Below are positions 11,233-40,825 of a stretch of 64,000 bases of DNA, piece by piece. Position 1 is the first letter of the stretch. Each line of letters opens with the position of its first letter. A program made the translations under genes and the position numbers. This stretch comes from Takakia lepidozioides (Eukaryota > Plantae > Bryophyta), in the NCBI GenBank assembly GCA_030704615.1, contig CM060733.1:59024001-59088000 (forward strand), read 5' to 3'. A model generated the notes under the pieces. The model was not told the DNA's origin. It saw nothing but the letters and a program-made list of their open reading frames with translations, and ran no database searches.

Positions 11233-14200
11233 ATGGAGCTTACATACGAGCTCGAATCCTCTGCTCCAGTATGGTGAAGAGTGCTAAGTGGAAGTCCTCC
11301 AGAAATGGACAATCTTTCACGAATGCATGGTGAGAGACGCTGTTAAACTATCCGAAGTGAGGGGCGTGGAATATTTGTGACTGGGTACAATTTCCTTAGA
11401 GAGCCTCAGCGCGAGGCCTGGTATGCTATCAAGACAGGACTCGCTGTGGCGTTGGGATTATTTGTGCGGGTGTTTGGTCCGACCTATCAATGGTTTCATG
11501 GCAATGCCTTGTGGTGTGTTGTCACGGTAAGGCGTTCCTCGCACTTGCCTTGTGGTGAATTAGGACACCAGTTCGTGTGTTGTGCATGAATGTAACAGAT
11601 AGATTTTGATGGGGACAATCCTGAAGGGATATGTAATCGACAAGAAAGCTTCTTGGCACATGGAATTCTACTAGAGCACTGATCTCTTCCCCTCTAGCTT
11701 ACTCTCAATTTATGTCATGCATGTGGCTATCATATTCGAGCCGACAGTGGGTGGGTTGCTTTCCAAGGGTGCAAACTGGGTGTTTGGAACGATGGTTGCC
11801 ATATTCCTGGCTCTGCTCACCGGGGAGATAATTGATTTTATTCATTGGGGGGAGGGCTTTTTTGCCGTTTTTGCTATTAGCTCGGCCATCACCTTTATTA
11901 AGCAGGTAAGTGGCATCATTGAAGTCGATAGGACACAGTTGCATGAGAAAATGCCATTAGAAACTCACTCTTCGATTTGTCGGGAGCGAGTTGCCAATGT
12001 TGTGGAGAATTTAAGAAAAATAATAACATCAAGCTCTGTTTAGATGACTACAGAAGGATCTTGTGAGAATTCAGTCTCTGGGTATACCAAGGACGCCGGT
12101 CTGCTTTCTTCTCTCCCTGCTCAATATCTTTGAATTATTTGGAGGCTACAAGTATGTCCTTCGATGTAAAGGAGAGTTAGATGCTTTGGTAGGTCTTCAC
12201 CAACCTTTCTTGGCCTTCTAAGCTATGGTACTTTTATTTTGCAAAGCTCTGTCTCCTCTTCCTGAATCCAGATAAACTTCTTATTTCAAGGCTAGTCCCA
12301 CTACTGGAGCAAACGTTTCCTGATGGTAGCAACACCTACTCTGCTCCTCTCCTGTCCCTTGCCCCCTGTTGCCCATTTTCTGCTAACCAGGGTCAGGGTT
12401 GATATGGCTGCATTGCTTTCGTAACCATCTATGGGCTTCCCACAGACCCTATAAAAGTTCCTTTCTTTTTCTCTCTGATCCTTCTGTTTGAATGAGTTGG
12501 CTGCATTTTCTTACATAGTGCCTCATAAATTTTTGCACCCAAGGTGATTCAAACATATCATGATGTACAACCCCACAGGCTGTAATGACTGGCCAAACCC
12601 AAAGAAGGGAAGCCATGAAGCCGTCAGACACACCGGGCACTTCCTCTGCCCCTGCTTTTGTTACATTATCCAGCTTGTTGAGAAGAATTTGAAGGAAAGT
12701 TGTTTGGGGGCAGCAGATGCGTTGGTGATGTGGGAACAGCCTCATGGCCCCTTTGGATGGAGATATCCATGGCAGCTGTACAAGGATATTACACGCAGAG
12801 CTCAGCATTGTGCTTTCATCGTTCTCGCTATGGATGGTTGCCTGCGCTCTGAAATTCAGGCACCCGTGGCAACACGCCAGCTTCTTGCACAACCTATGGC
12901 TAAACTGACCATGGAGATGGTGAAGGTAAAACCTGGAAAACCTGCTAGCTTATGGGGACCATCATCCTCCAGCCATGTCCTTGTCTTTCGATCGGGCAGA
13001 AGTCTGGGATTTGGCTGTAGAATCCTTGTGGGAGAATTTTCTCCAGTTTTACGCACATATGTTTTGCACTTGAAGGAGTCAGTAAGGGGCTTGAAGTGTA
13101 ATTTGACGGGCTTTGCAACAGTATGGCGTGGTGGTAGCTTGGGACTGCGGGCTTCTTCACAGTTTTCAGGAGCTCTCATGTTGTGATGGTAGAATGGTGG
13201 AGAAAGGGAAAGGAAATGCATGATTTTCTCAGGAAGCGCGAGTTAAGCAACGACTGTGGGTAAGCTCATAGATCAGTCCGATCTGATGGAGGGGAAGCGA
13301 GACTAGTGCTTGACGAATTGCTTCGAAATATTCCTAATTCGGCACGATATGTTCTAGATTTGACATTTTGCATGCCGATATTACTGGAGAGAGTAAGCAA
13401 CAGCCTTACATTTCTTGCAGGTCCGAGAAAAAAATTTGCGAGGACTATTCTGCTTCCCGGATTCCATCACTGCTTCAAGAGAGAGAGTTGCCAGGCACAG
13501 ATGCATATGACAAGGTGTTCGCAGCGGCCTGGCTGGACCACGAAAAGTTTGTCGTTGGGACTAAGGATAACGAACTGGTACTTTGGAATGCTGCAAATAA
13601 TAGGAGGATTGATATTTCGTTGCCGCGTCGAGCACAAGCACAGCAGAGTGAGACCTGCGGCATACACTCCATGTACTCTGTCTCACCTTATCCTATTGTG
13701 TTCTGTGGTGTTTTCAGGCTTCCCTCCGTTTATCTGCCAATGAAAATAGTTGAGCTCGCAGCTTCAACTCTTTCATGTCCCTGTAGCCATCTTGCGTTCT
13801 TAAAGGCATGTTGGAAAGCAGCTTGGCTGTTCCTGCATATCTTAGTTAACCACTGCACTGTATTTGCTCGTAGCAGTCTTGATAGATGGCCATTATGACT
13901 TCACAGCATCATCTGATGCAATCCATTGTGAGGGTTCGGTATTTAGATTGGTTGGAGTTCAGGGAGCTAATGGTTTTTTACTGAAGTGGTCACCATAAAA
14001 CTGTCTGAGCTGCACCAAAGAAGCCATCTTAAACTAATGTTTTGTGTTGTATTGGCTCTCCTGTTAGAAAGTGTAGTAAACTTTTCCAAGAATCTCCTTG
14101 CCACTAACTTTCCGTTTCTTTCTCTCTTATGCTATGCCATTGACTTGTGATTTTGGACCACATTGCCAAGAGACAGCAGGAAGATACATCTACATGATAC

Positions 14201-15591
14201 CCACTATAGCAATGTGAAGGAAACATGGGAGAAGAATGAAAGAAACAGACTTTATCATGTCCCAGAGAGTTGAAGGGAGAACTATATGTAGCAAGAAAAT
14301 CCCTAAATCACTGCCAGAAGACAAATTGCAGGATGAGTATCTGAAAGTATCTCCCACTTATCTCTTAGCATACAGACAGAACACGAAGGATGTTACCACC
14401 AGTTCCTACAAGTTGCTTACTAGGGGAAGTCTCTCTATGCCTGTATGGATCCGGAGAGTTGGAAGGATGCAGTCATCTGAAGTTTGGTGCTGTGGGGCCC
14501 AAACCATTGACTTGAAGGTTCTGAGGATCTTCTCTGGGATTGATTGACCTTTAACTTCAGGCACTCCGCACTTTGGGTGAGAGTAGATAAGGAACATAGA
14601 TGTGCACACCCTTATCAATGAAATTGAAGTGGCCACGCCGGAGCTGCAGAGTGAACTGCAGGACAATGCCGAATTGTTCACAGTGCCCTCAGTGCTGACG
14701 GATCAATGGTTAGAGCAACATCTAGATGAGGAAGACGAGAGTTACAATCTGACTAACCACCACTCAAGTGAGTTTTCGCAGAGCACACAAGGTAGTACGT
14801 TTGTAAATGTGTTCATCCCTGGTACATAGTTCCCTGAAATTCCCCAAGCAATTTCTGGGAGTTAACTTAGGTTTTCTGCAATCAGTTTCCAGAGTGGGTT
14901 TTTGTCACATTTGCTATAAACTGTGTTTGAGTAAGAGTGGATGTGACAACCGCTCCCCACTCCTCTGATACTTCCCATCACTTCTGGATGTCTGTGTGGA
15001 CGGAGGTATAGCAAGAAATGGCAGTGATTCAGCAGGAGAGCTGAAGGGGTCATCAGTCTGCGATGGCATTCATGACCACAGAGCCTGGACTACAAATTTT
15101 TCTCGAGATGGGAGAGACTTGACAGGCACCAACTGGGCCCAAAACGTCCAGATCATAGGCCGATCTGCCACACATGGAGGTAAACTCCATCATTGATTTG
15201 CAATCCAATATTGGAGTTTGGATTCAGCCCATTACATAAGACTATGAAGCTCAAGAATCCTCGTTTCATAGACTTCAATAGATTTACAGCATCACTGGGC
15301 CATCTCAGTAGGAAATTGTCTGGTTGTGGTTCGTTCTCTTATGCAGGTGCAATTAATCGGAGGAGTGAGAGAAGCTTCTTCCAGCTCAAAGTACCAGTTC
15401 CTGGGGGAGTGGCTCTATTATCAGTGATTCAATTCGTATGTCTTATGGTGGAGTTTGCTGCTGCGCTGCAGTATGCTGCGGAAGCTGCGAGAAATTTACA
15501 TGAAGGTGCAGGTACAGGGAAGTACCCAGTGTCCATAACTCATGACAGTAGGAAAAAGGTGCCTCTTGAGCCCAGTGGACCTGATAAGTGA
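11233..15591 (+). pseudogene. Tandem ALMT paralog, pseudogene
   Basis: Exon remnants: ~11347-11526 (AIKTGLAVAL..NALWCVVT, in-frame TAA upstream); 11723-11905 (VAIIFEPTVGGLLSKG, acceptor reads CAT instead of CAG); only the 3' piece of exon 5 at ~12141-12188, with exons 3-4 absent; WEQPHG exon ~12716-12925; frameshifted exon 14561-14791; last exon 15347-15591 with an internal deletion. The 5' end is uncertain. Confidence 0.85.
13186..13672 (+). pseudogene. DCAF12/WDR40-like (DDB1-CUL4 associated factor) 5' gene fragment, two exons
   Basis: Exon 13186-13259 (MVEWW..HDFLRKRELSNDC) splices in frame to 13421-13672 (SRIPSLLQEREL..DKVFAAAWL..VVGTKDNELVL..CGIHS). This resembles the animal DCAF12 motifs LPSLL.ER.L, NKVFASQWL, VCGTKCN and CGIHAI. 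No further WD40 exons were found. Confidence 0.72.
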
Positions 15592-16595
15592 AGACCAAAA
15601 GCACCATTTAGTCAACACTCATCAATTGGATATTGAACATTAAGACCTACCTATCTCGAACCTACCTATCCTGTACTACCTGACCAAAGGAGCCAAGTTT
15701 TCCAATCATTTGATACGATCTGTATCTGCATTATGTTGGTCAAGTAATCTGCTAAGAAGCTCGAAAGTTCTCTGTTGGCTATTGCAGCGTTGTCGAATGC
15801 AGGCTTCGGTTCTGGTTCTGTGCCCTGACCACACAACCTTGTTTTAGTCAAACTGTTGCAATGACAAAAAATGCAGGACACAAAGATGACACCATGAAGT
15901 TAGACCAGTTAGAGAGAAATCGTGAATGCAATGGCCACAAAAGTCTGTTTTAACATGCCTTCTACCAAGTAGAACAGTCTATAAGGCCCACTCAAGTTGC
16001 TATGGTTGATTGGCCATGGTCAGGGGGAGAGATAGGTTGGATAGATAGATGTTTTATTACTCCTTGACCGAAGAACATAATGGTTTGCTGTGCTTAAACA
16101 TTAGGGTGTGTTAACTAGGATAGATTGAAGGTAAAGAGAGAAACTTTAACTCAGAAAATTTCAGGAAATTCAATTGGGATAACATATTCCACCTACATCT
16201 TGTTTAGTCCTTGATCAACCTATTTCCATGATCAGGCTTAAATCCTCCCATCTGCTTCTATAGAACCTTCTATACATGCAACAAATAGTGGACTGACAAA
16301 GGAGGTAAGGAGGCTCTGTTCTGCCATCTGCTTGCAACGATATTGAGAAAGTGCATATAACCACATTACTGTATAACTGCTTTGCAATGACAAACTATCA
16401 ACACAAGGTTATGTGAGAGTGTCTTGTTTATGAGCTGTTACAAGCCCAATATTACAAAGCTCAATTCTATCAACTTTATGGGTTAGACTTGACACTTGAA
16501 GAAGATACAAAGTCTTCACATATGGTAACTAGGTTCATCCTACATAGTGCCAAACTGCATCGAACCGAATTCAGTTCCCATACCTTCCAATTCAA

Positions 16596-19500
16596 CTATT
16601 TAGACCTCAGGAGGCCTCTTGCAAAGGCAAGCTGTTGCGTGTTCTCCAGCAGCTTCTGCCACCATAGAGCATGATTGATCAGGTCATATGAGAATATAGA
16701 TATATCTACAATACGTACACAATTGCTGGTCCCATACAAGAGATTTGACTGCAGCTTGTGGAAATCCAGATCAGAGGGGGGAAGGAGAACCTGTTGTACA
16801 AACAGAGCAATTGATTGAGAGCCCTCCATTGCCAGCTGCAACACCTTCTCAAAGATTTCTGGTGGCAGCTTTGAATCCATCTATGGCCAAAGTCCCAAAG
16901 GTCAAATGTCAGTGAAAGCAATTTCAATGACATAACGCAGATCTCAATAAGAGGCTGCTGAAATCTCGGCTGAAGGCTTTTAGCCTTAGTGTGACAAATG
17001 GTGAATCTCACCATTCAAACTAACGTGAACACATGGGAATTTTGGCATGATCTGTTGTCTTCACCATAATCCAACCATTACAAACCATGCATACAGTTTC
17101 GGCGTGAACTGTTTGTAAACATGCAACAACGGAAGGCAGGGTATCCATATAGCATGTATTCATTTATGGAGCCAACTGATGCTGTAGTGACGCTCCAAAA
17201 ACAAACCGCCAAACAATCAAGAATCCTGGGCCTAAACTTGGCATTATCCTACACTACACAGGCTACTACCCTACCAGAATGTGCTCATGAGAGACGGTTC
17301 ATCTTAGCTTTGTGTAGGCAGACCCCATCAACTTTTGGATGAAAGGGGAACACACAGTAATGAGAAGAGAGCAACAGAGTGGCCACTACAATTAAGGAAA
17401 AGAGCAAGAGAAAGCACCTGAAGAAGTGAGACCTTGTCAAGCTTAGGAAAAATGCCAACTGTCAAGTCTGGACCTCCCCCACTGTCCTCTACGTAGTTCA
17501 AATCTGCCACATCCAATCCAATGTATGTAAAACATTGTCGATGCGCCTCTCTTGGAGTGTCCTATCGAGCAGGTCCTGCATGGAAAGCTAAATTGCAGTT
17601 TTGGCATGTCCACTTGGACCTCGTAGAGCATAGTCAGTCTCGAAGCCCATTTGAACAAATAGACGCTAGAATTAACAATGGCTCCAAACAGTACTTCCTG
17701 TAGCAATTACCATAAACTCGTCCCAGGCTTCGACAGAGAGGGAAGGGAGACGACAGAGGGTACCTAGTAACGGAGTGGTATTGAGGTAGCCAGCAGCACA
17801 AGAAACAACGAGGTCCCGCATGGGTATGCCTGCGTCAGCTAGAGCCATGGACGCTGCATTGATGCATGCTGACCTTGTTCCTGGTTTGTTCCCGCAACCC
17901 AGTCATCACAGCAATCCTGAGAAGATGGAATTTTTCCTTTCTAACAAGGGGAACAGAAATGGCATCTCTGAACTTTTGATGCTTCCACCTGTACCCTTTA
18001 AGCAATCATGACTAATAGAGTTGATGTCTTGTCACCTCCATCTGCTTGAAGGACTTGCACAAAAATGTCTATCTGCAAAAAGATGACGGTAAATACTGTC
18101 AGAACTTAGATGCACATTGACATGTGGATTACTTCCATTTGTAAAGTTGTTGGGATGAGTACATAGTACACACCGCTGGCCAATAAATCTTTCCCCTCTC
18201 TACTGAAAACTGGAAGGGGTGTGAGAGATGCACCTGGGAGCGGGGCAGTAGATGTCTCAAAATTGCAGCCTCCATGGTTTGGCGTATAACAAGAGAAATC
18301 TCTGTTGCCCGTCTGTCCAGGAAGAGAGGATAGGGATCAAACCGGGATAAAGAGAGTTCAGTGATGAGCTTCAATCCAACCAGAACTGACAGTTTTCTCA
18401 AAAGAATGTGCCCACAAGGCTACGTTTATCCACTGGATACCTGAATCTGCCCTGTAACTATATCTCTGGCTGCAAAACCACAAGCACATCCGATTGATGG
18501 ACTCATCCTCTTACCTATCACCTTTGCCTCTCTTTCTGCGCTCTCCTGTACTAAAAGAAGCCATGCTGTACTCGCACCGTACCTAACCATAAACACAACA
18601 ACCTATAAGTAGTTAAATACGAATTCACAAAGACGAACTTTCCACCACTGAAACTCAAGCTTTGGAAAAGGCACCCTCAAACAACTTGGCCCCTGCACTC
18701 ATTCAATGCTTAACAAGTGATTACGACTGTGAATATTTGCAGACTTACACATTCCTAAAACAGATGCCTCCTCATGCAACATAAGGGGCTTCGAAATAAA
18801 CGTAGAAGGATTTGACCCATCACTACTTACAATGCAGCTAACTTCTCAGCTATACATTGGAAGCTAAACAGCAACCATAAGTATAGCAAGCTGTCCAACA
18901 GCTAAAGGTGAAGCTCAAACTATAGATAAAAGAAACCTATATGAAAAAATGGACCATGGACCAGAAGGACTTTTGGCATCCAAAAACATCAGAGTAGTAG
19001 TGTTGAGCTGACGTCACAAAGGTTAGATCATTGAATTCAAATCCCGCCAGATAATTGAAGGCCGGAATGACATGCAATGGAAGAGACTCAATGATACCAG
19101 GAGCTGCTAAGATGCTGGAAGTACCAGGGCCTGGTCATGAAGCTGCTGACTCTTGTTTTGCACCTGCAATCCACCCCAGTAGCATTGGTCTCAAAATCCA
19201 TCCCCGCAGACTTTTATATGTCGTGATACACCTGCTATCTCTACTTACAAACAGCCCATTAAACCCAAAGCCAGAACGGTGGGAACACATGACATTTAGG
19301 CAACAAAAAGGAACCAAGGACACTGAAACCACAGTGAGTTCGAGCGAAGACACACATACTGAGGGATACAGACCAAAGAATGGTCTACCCACTGACAGTT
19401 TTCTGTGTATGCTGTGCATGCTGGCATGTACCCTACCAGACATAGCCCTTACGAGGTACTAACCCTCTCACTTTTGATTGTGTGGTTTTACTGACCAAAG

Positions 19501-20351
19501 CACGAAACGAGGATGAAACTGTATTAGGCCATAGCCCAGAGATAGTATGGTGATTTTCAGAGAGAAGGAGCAGGGTTGTCAGGTTACAGAGTCGAAAACC
19601 ACAGAGCAGGGTGATGAGGGTGCTCTCAGGCAGTTCAATTCAACTACCACAAACAAAACAAGAGCTCCTGAGTGAGAGTTACCTCATGGGGTCCATACAC
19701 CACTGCCATCACTTTGGTATTGCCCATTTCAAAAATTGCTGACCTGAAAACCCAAAGCCCAAAGTAACCATTACAGCTAAGGGAAAACTTATGGTCTGCG
19801 GACTAGTTATATAGCTAACACGGATGCATCAAAACAAATCAATTTTGTGAGGATTGTACAAAATTATGACAAATTACAAGTGCCCAAGATGGTACTCACC
19901 CATCCGCCTTGTCGATCACGCCTACCTCTGCCTCAACCTTCCGCAGCTGTTCCTTTGCAACACAAATGCACAACCGTCAACAAGCTACTACCATCATTTG
20001 ACAACACTGCTCAAATGGATGTGTATATTTGTATGCTGTCGGAGGAACACACACTCGTTTGTCAGTGCCGTCAATCAAAATGTATGTGTTGATATCCTTC
20101 CGTCCTTCCCTCTTTCTCTCTGTTCTTTACTGCACATACGTCCCTTTGGTGAATGGATATCTTGTCATTTCTCCGGCGCCAAGATTTTAGGAAGTCTTTC
20201 CAACTCATAAGCACACAGCAGGTGCCAAAAGATGAATTCCGGAGTATCCCTTTTGCAGCCACAGACACGCAATCTAGAAAGACACAAGAGAACCCACCTC
20301 ATGTGCCCGACGGCCATCCTGGCGAAGGCCTTCGGGGCTGATAAACTCCAT
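16596..20351 (-). CDS. RRP41: Exosome complex component RRP41 (RNase PH family)
   Basis: About 11 exons: [18 protein letters not shown] / [16 protein letters not shown] / [20 protein letters not shown] / [13 protein letters not shown] / [16 protein letters not shown] / [18 protein letters not shown] / [12 protein letters not shown] / [24 protein letters not shown] / [11 protein letters not shown] / MDSKLP / KLLENTQQL..stop. Confidence 0.96.
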
Positions 20352-20632
20352 AACTACGCTGCTATTGCTTCCTTCCTCACTGCTGCTTAGAAACAGCTTC
20401 TGCACTAGACTGGGGTTTTGCTAGGCTTTGGAATTCCTTGGACCCACAAGCAGCTAATCATCCACTTTAGTCGCCCAATTGAGGCGGGAAACTATCATCC
20501 ACACTCGATCACACATACTTACGAGCAACAGCCCAGTATCATTTCGGAAAAGGGTGGCATTAGGGGCTCGTCGGATGTGTTGTGGCCCGGAAGGATAGAA
20601 ATCTCAAGGAGAGTGTGGGGGTGAAGCGGGCG

Positions 20633-36423
<15,791 letters not shown>

Positions 36424-36958
36424 CCACCCAAGTATTACCCTCATCTTGACATTGGGGGCAAGGCGTTGTCAAAAAAGTTGTTTTGCGGTTCAGGAGTTGG
36501 AGGTGATGCTTTCATTGAAATTCCATACATTTGTCCGGAACATCTTGTTATGATATTTCCTATTCCCTATTCACCGATGGTTGAAAAACATACAAGTCTT
36601 TGTACCTCATCAGAACACTTATGTTAAATGGGACTGGTAATACTACCAAGTGACAAATTTTGATACGGCAGTCATTTCTCGGGATACAAATTGCTGTGCA
36701 CACTATACTTTCATCTCCAGCTTCCCTTGTCCTTATTCTCAATCTGTGTTAGGAAATGCATGTTTGCCTTGTCTGGCTTCCTGTACACCAGGCATCCGGA
36801 GAATTTCTCCGACTGGGGGGTCCATATGAGGGTACAGTGAAGGATGCGGTTGCAACCCTGCATGGAGTTTCTAAGCTACTCGTTGATAGACTTATGACAA
36901 GTTAGGTGTCCAAAATGTTGCCCCCTAAACATGTGTTGACAAGTGTGAGCTTCCCATA

Positions 36959-39900
36959 TTAAATAACCTCCACAGTATGTCTTTGGTCTGAGATTACATC
37001 TCCGGCTGAATGGGTGCCAGACGTCTTTAATTCTGGCATCCTGTGGAAGCAGGCTAAAAACTCAACATTGCCTTCAGCACCCTTGATTGGAGACGGGATC
37101 CAGCCTTGGCATGTGAATCCAAAGGCCTCAACACCTGTGATCACTTTCTGCAGCACCTGCTCAACAACATACGCTGTTAACATTAGAGGGTCATAATATT
37201 AAGACATTTGTGACTTCAGGCCTTCATACCTCTTAAAAACCAACACTCAGAATCATCCTGGATGTTACATAGGTTGAATGTGGAGGTTTAAAAGCAACCT
37301 CAGAAATCTTATGAGCAGAACTATCCTAAAGATGGGTGAGCAGGCATACCTCTGTATGCACAGCTTCATCCCTCACAATGCCGCCCCCTCCAACCTGTTG
37401 TCATACTACATCTCGTCAACCAATACATCGCAAAATCTTAAACAGACGACAAGACTAAGCGTTGTCGGACAAAATAATACACAAGGACTTGGACCATTGA
37501 CCAGGATGTTCCATTTACTCCACATCCAGCTCACAACAGATTCGTGAACCCCAACGTACATGTCTTTCCATCAAGCCTTTTCTTACCATGTTTTCCATTC
37601 TCCGCATGACAGCTATGAACAACCATACCAAGCCCCAATTCCCAGAAAAACATAGGCAGCTCCAAACCTGAGAGCGGCGTGCCTCAAACTGGGGCTTGAT
37701 AAGGGTAATCAGTGTCGACTGTTGCTTCATCACAGCGCACACTGCTGGCAACACCTACTCGCCACACATTGAACTGCTTGGTCACCACTGGGTTGCAAAA
37801 TCCCATCCCAAATCTTGATATTCAATTTTCATATGTGCCACCAATAGGAACAGTCCTCAGCAACTTTATAAGGCACAGAGAGCAGGCATACATACCAGGA
37901 GAATGGAAATGAAGCACAGGTCAAGAGTGACTAAGTCCACCAGTTGAGGAAGCCCAGGCAGATATCGTAAGTTTGTCCTCTCCATAATGCTTACTCGCTT
38001 GTCAGTACGGATCTTCTCCGCAACCTGATTATGCAAACAGGATTCATGAAGCTGGCAAAATAGTATGCCGAAAGATTCTTGGGCCAATTAGCAGAACTGG
38101 TATTTCCAGATCCTTCACTACTTTTAAAACAAGCAACCTATCATTTTTCCACATTTGTCCAATGTAGAATTCAGATTCCAGCTCGTCTGATGGAAGTTCA
38201 GGGTAAGGATAAATAGATAGCCATGGAGATACCTGGCCATAGCCCACATCAACACCATATACAAGCATGGCCCCGTTTTGCAACATGCAGTCAGTGAAGC
38301 CACCAGTTGAAAGGCCAGCATCCAGGGCGACCTTGCCTTTGACATCACATGCAAATTGCTCCAAAGCTGCCTCCAACTTGTATCCTGCTCTGTTTGACCA
38401 AACCTTTTTCACTCCCTTGCACCAAAACATTTCCATCTCTGGCCAAACACCTGCCTAACCAACTTCGGCTTCTATGTTTGCATGGAATCCATAACCAACA
38501 CACCCAGTCAACATACAACACAATGGGAGGTGTATGATGCAATGCCCTAAGTCAAGGAAATGATAGCACTGCACCTATCATGACCTACGAAATTACCTGC
38601 ACACATACTTGGGAACCTCTGCAATTATGTCAATAGTGGCAGTGCGTCTTACAGCAACGCCAGCCTTGCCTGCAGGCTTCCCATCCACCATCACCTTTCC
38701 TGGCCCCCGACAGTGGAACAAACCATGCTGTCAGCCACACAAACTATAGCTAAGGGTGAGAAAATGCGCCCTCTACAACTATCCTCATGTGTATGTTAGG
38801 ACTAGTTCGACATTGCAGGTAACTCCTTTCTGATTTACCAAGCCCTATCACAATGTCTGACCGACCTAAAGTACAAAAGATGGCCCAAGGCAAATGGAGC
38901 AAGCATCTGATTGCCTTCAATGTGCTCGAGGGAGGTCAAGATTGTACAATAAAAACCAACTCTTTGCACCCCAACAAAATTGCACAAATACCAAGAGAGT
39001 ACCTTGTAGTATCCATGACTGGATCATGGTCCTGCTGTATTGTGGGTATAGCTCCAAACACAATTCATCGAGTCTGCACTTCTTTCTTGGCAGCCTGTTG
39101 TTCGGTCACGGCAACATCCAATCCTAGTAAGTTTTGTTAGACTTTCAAATGTATAAAACAATGAACCATGTGCTACTGCCGCAACCCAATCCCGGAGAAC
39201 CTCCACACTATCTGTTCTGCAAGTGTCCGCTAGTCTGGTAACATCTGTTACTGTCAGGAGAATCCGCAGCTGGATCTTTGCAAGAATGTGAGGAAGATCC
39301 CTCACAACCATTGCAACTAATTCCTCTTGTCCCTAGCTTTCAAGTTATTGGACTATTACAACAGCACATCTTGCACCCACTTGAAGAAACTACTCAGAAT
39401 TCTTATCAAATTCAACCACCCAATTTACTACTGCCCATAGGAACTTGCATATGCTATACTTTCCATACCCTCACATGGAGAACACGTCATTTTTCATGGT
39501 GCAGTTCTGCAAAAGCCTGGAGATCCAGAAAGATTCTCAAATAGCTACACTTTGAAGGAAGGCCAGACCATTTCTCCATTGCCTAAAAGAATCCCCTGAC
39601 GAATTCTCCTGAAGAAGATTGTGTAAAGAATTTGACGGGCTTTAGAGATTTGTCTGAGTAGATTGCTGGGGCGCGAAAGGAAAATCTTCGAAGAGCTTCT
39701 CGCATTCATGACATGAAACTTGGGAAAATCGACTGTGAGCGTCTTTTCAGATCAATGATAGACAAACGGGATGCCCAACCAACAATATAAACCAGATGAG
39801 ATGTGTACCAGTTACGTAGCCGCCCTTCAGAAGCCAAATCGAAGTTTATTGAGGATTCTGGGGGCAGACAATCGCTGGAAGCTGAAAACATGGACTACAC

Positions 39901-40342
39901 GGAATTTGTCAGTGTGTCCCTTTGTGTCCCTGCAACCAGTGTTGGTAGATGCATTCGCCAGGTAACTGTTTTCAAGTCTTCCAGCAGAATCGAACGACAG
40001 ATAAGATACTGGCGTACCTGCAGCGCCAAAGCTGGAAGTTCTATGCCAAGGTTGTTGATGCCCTCCCTGAAAAAAATGACCTCCAATTCGCACATTTCGT
40101 GAAACCTTTTGACTCCGACAAAGAGGCGAATTAACAGAAACGAAAGGGATGCATTGACGAGGAAAGGGAAGAGAAAGAGCGGAGAAGAGAGACAGGGGCC
40201 TTGGCGATCCTGGAGTTCTCCGCAGCAGTGAATGCACTCCTCGATTGCACCGACATGGCACTCTTGTCCGCAGCATCATAGCAAGGGAGTTTGCCCAACC
40301 CAACTCACAATTCACGCGCCATGGCAAGCTGCTGCCCGCCAT
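36959..40342 (-). CDS. TlyA/YqxC-family rRNA 2'-O-methyltransferase (S4 + FtsJ domains) with a ValRS-derived N-terminal extension
   Basis: Exons 40342-40018, 39881-39809, 39094-39003 ([27 protein letters not shown]), ~38700-38597 (GKVMVDG..PKYVCR), then [51 protein letters not shown] and [13 protein letters not shown]; stop at 36959-36961. Confidence 0.93.
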
Positions 40343-40825
40343 AACCTTCTCCTCCCAATCTCTTGAAGATTTTGGCGCCCTAAAGTGTCACCGGTTTAGA
40401 AAATGGTGGCAGGACATTTGTCAGATTGAAGTTTGAGCTTCCACCCAGTCTCTGATCTGAAGGAGAGGATCAAAGACACAGAAACAACAGCGATGTTTGT
40501 TGGGTTTTTTGAGTTTGCAATTCCAGCGAGACATTTTTCCGTCCACACCGAGCTCAAGCATAACTTGTCTCTACAGACGTGACACAAATTGCAGTGTTGT
40601 TCTTCTGAGCAATGCGGAAGCATAATTGCCAGTCACTGTGAAGGATGGAAGAGGGCACAGAGAGGAGAAGGAGGGGGCCCTGGCAGGCATTTTCCCTGCT
40701 TAGAGTCACCAGGAGGGCTTGCATCCCGGAGGCTCCTGACCCCGAACGGAAGAGTAGGGGTCCTGGAGGCTCTTGATCCCAAATGTACGGTTAGGAGTCT
40801 TCTGTGGAAACCATTTTTGGTCTCA

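Noticed and set aside
13186-14791. In-frame ALMT-DCAF12 fusion gene
   Set aside because: The splice phases give early stops in both junction combinations.
16596-16880. F-box-like ORF ([14 protein letters not shown])
   Set aside because: It is the last two exons plus an intron of RRP41.
39700-40342. Truncated ValRS pseudogene
   Set aside because: Both exons are open and splice in frame to TlyA, so they are better explained as TlyA exons 1-2.
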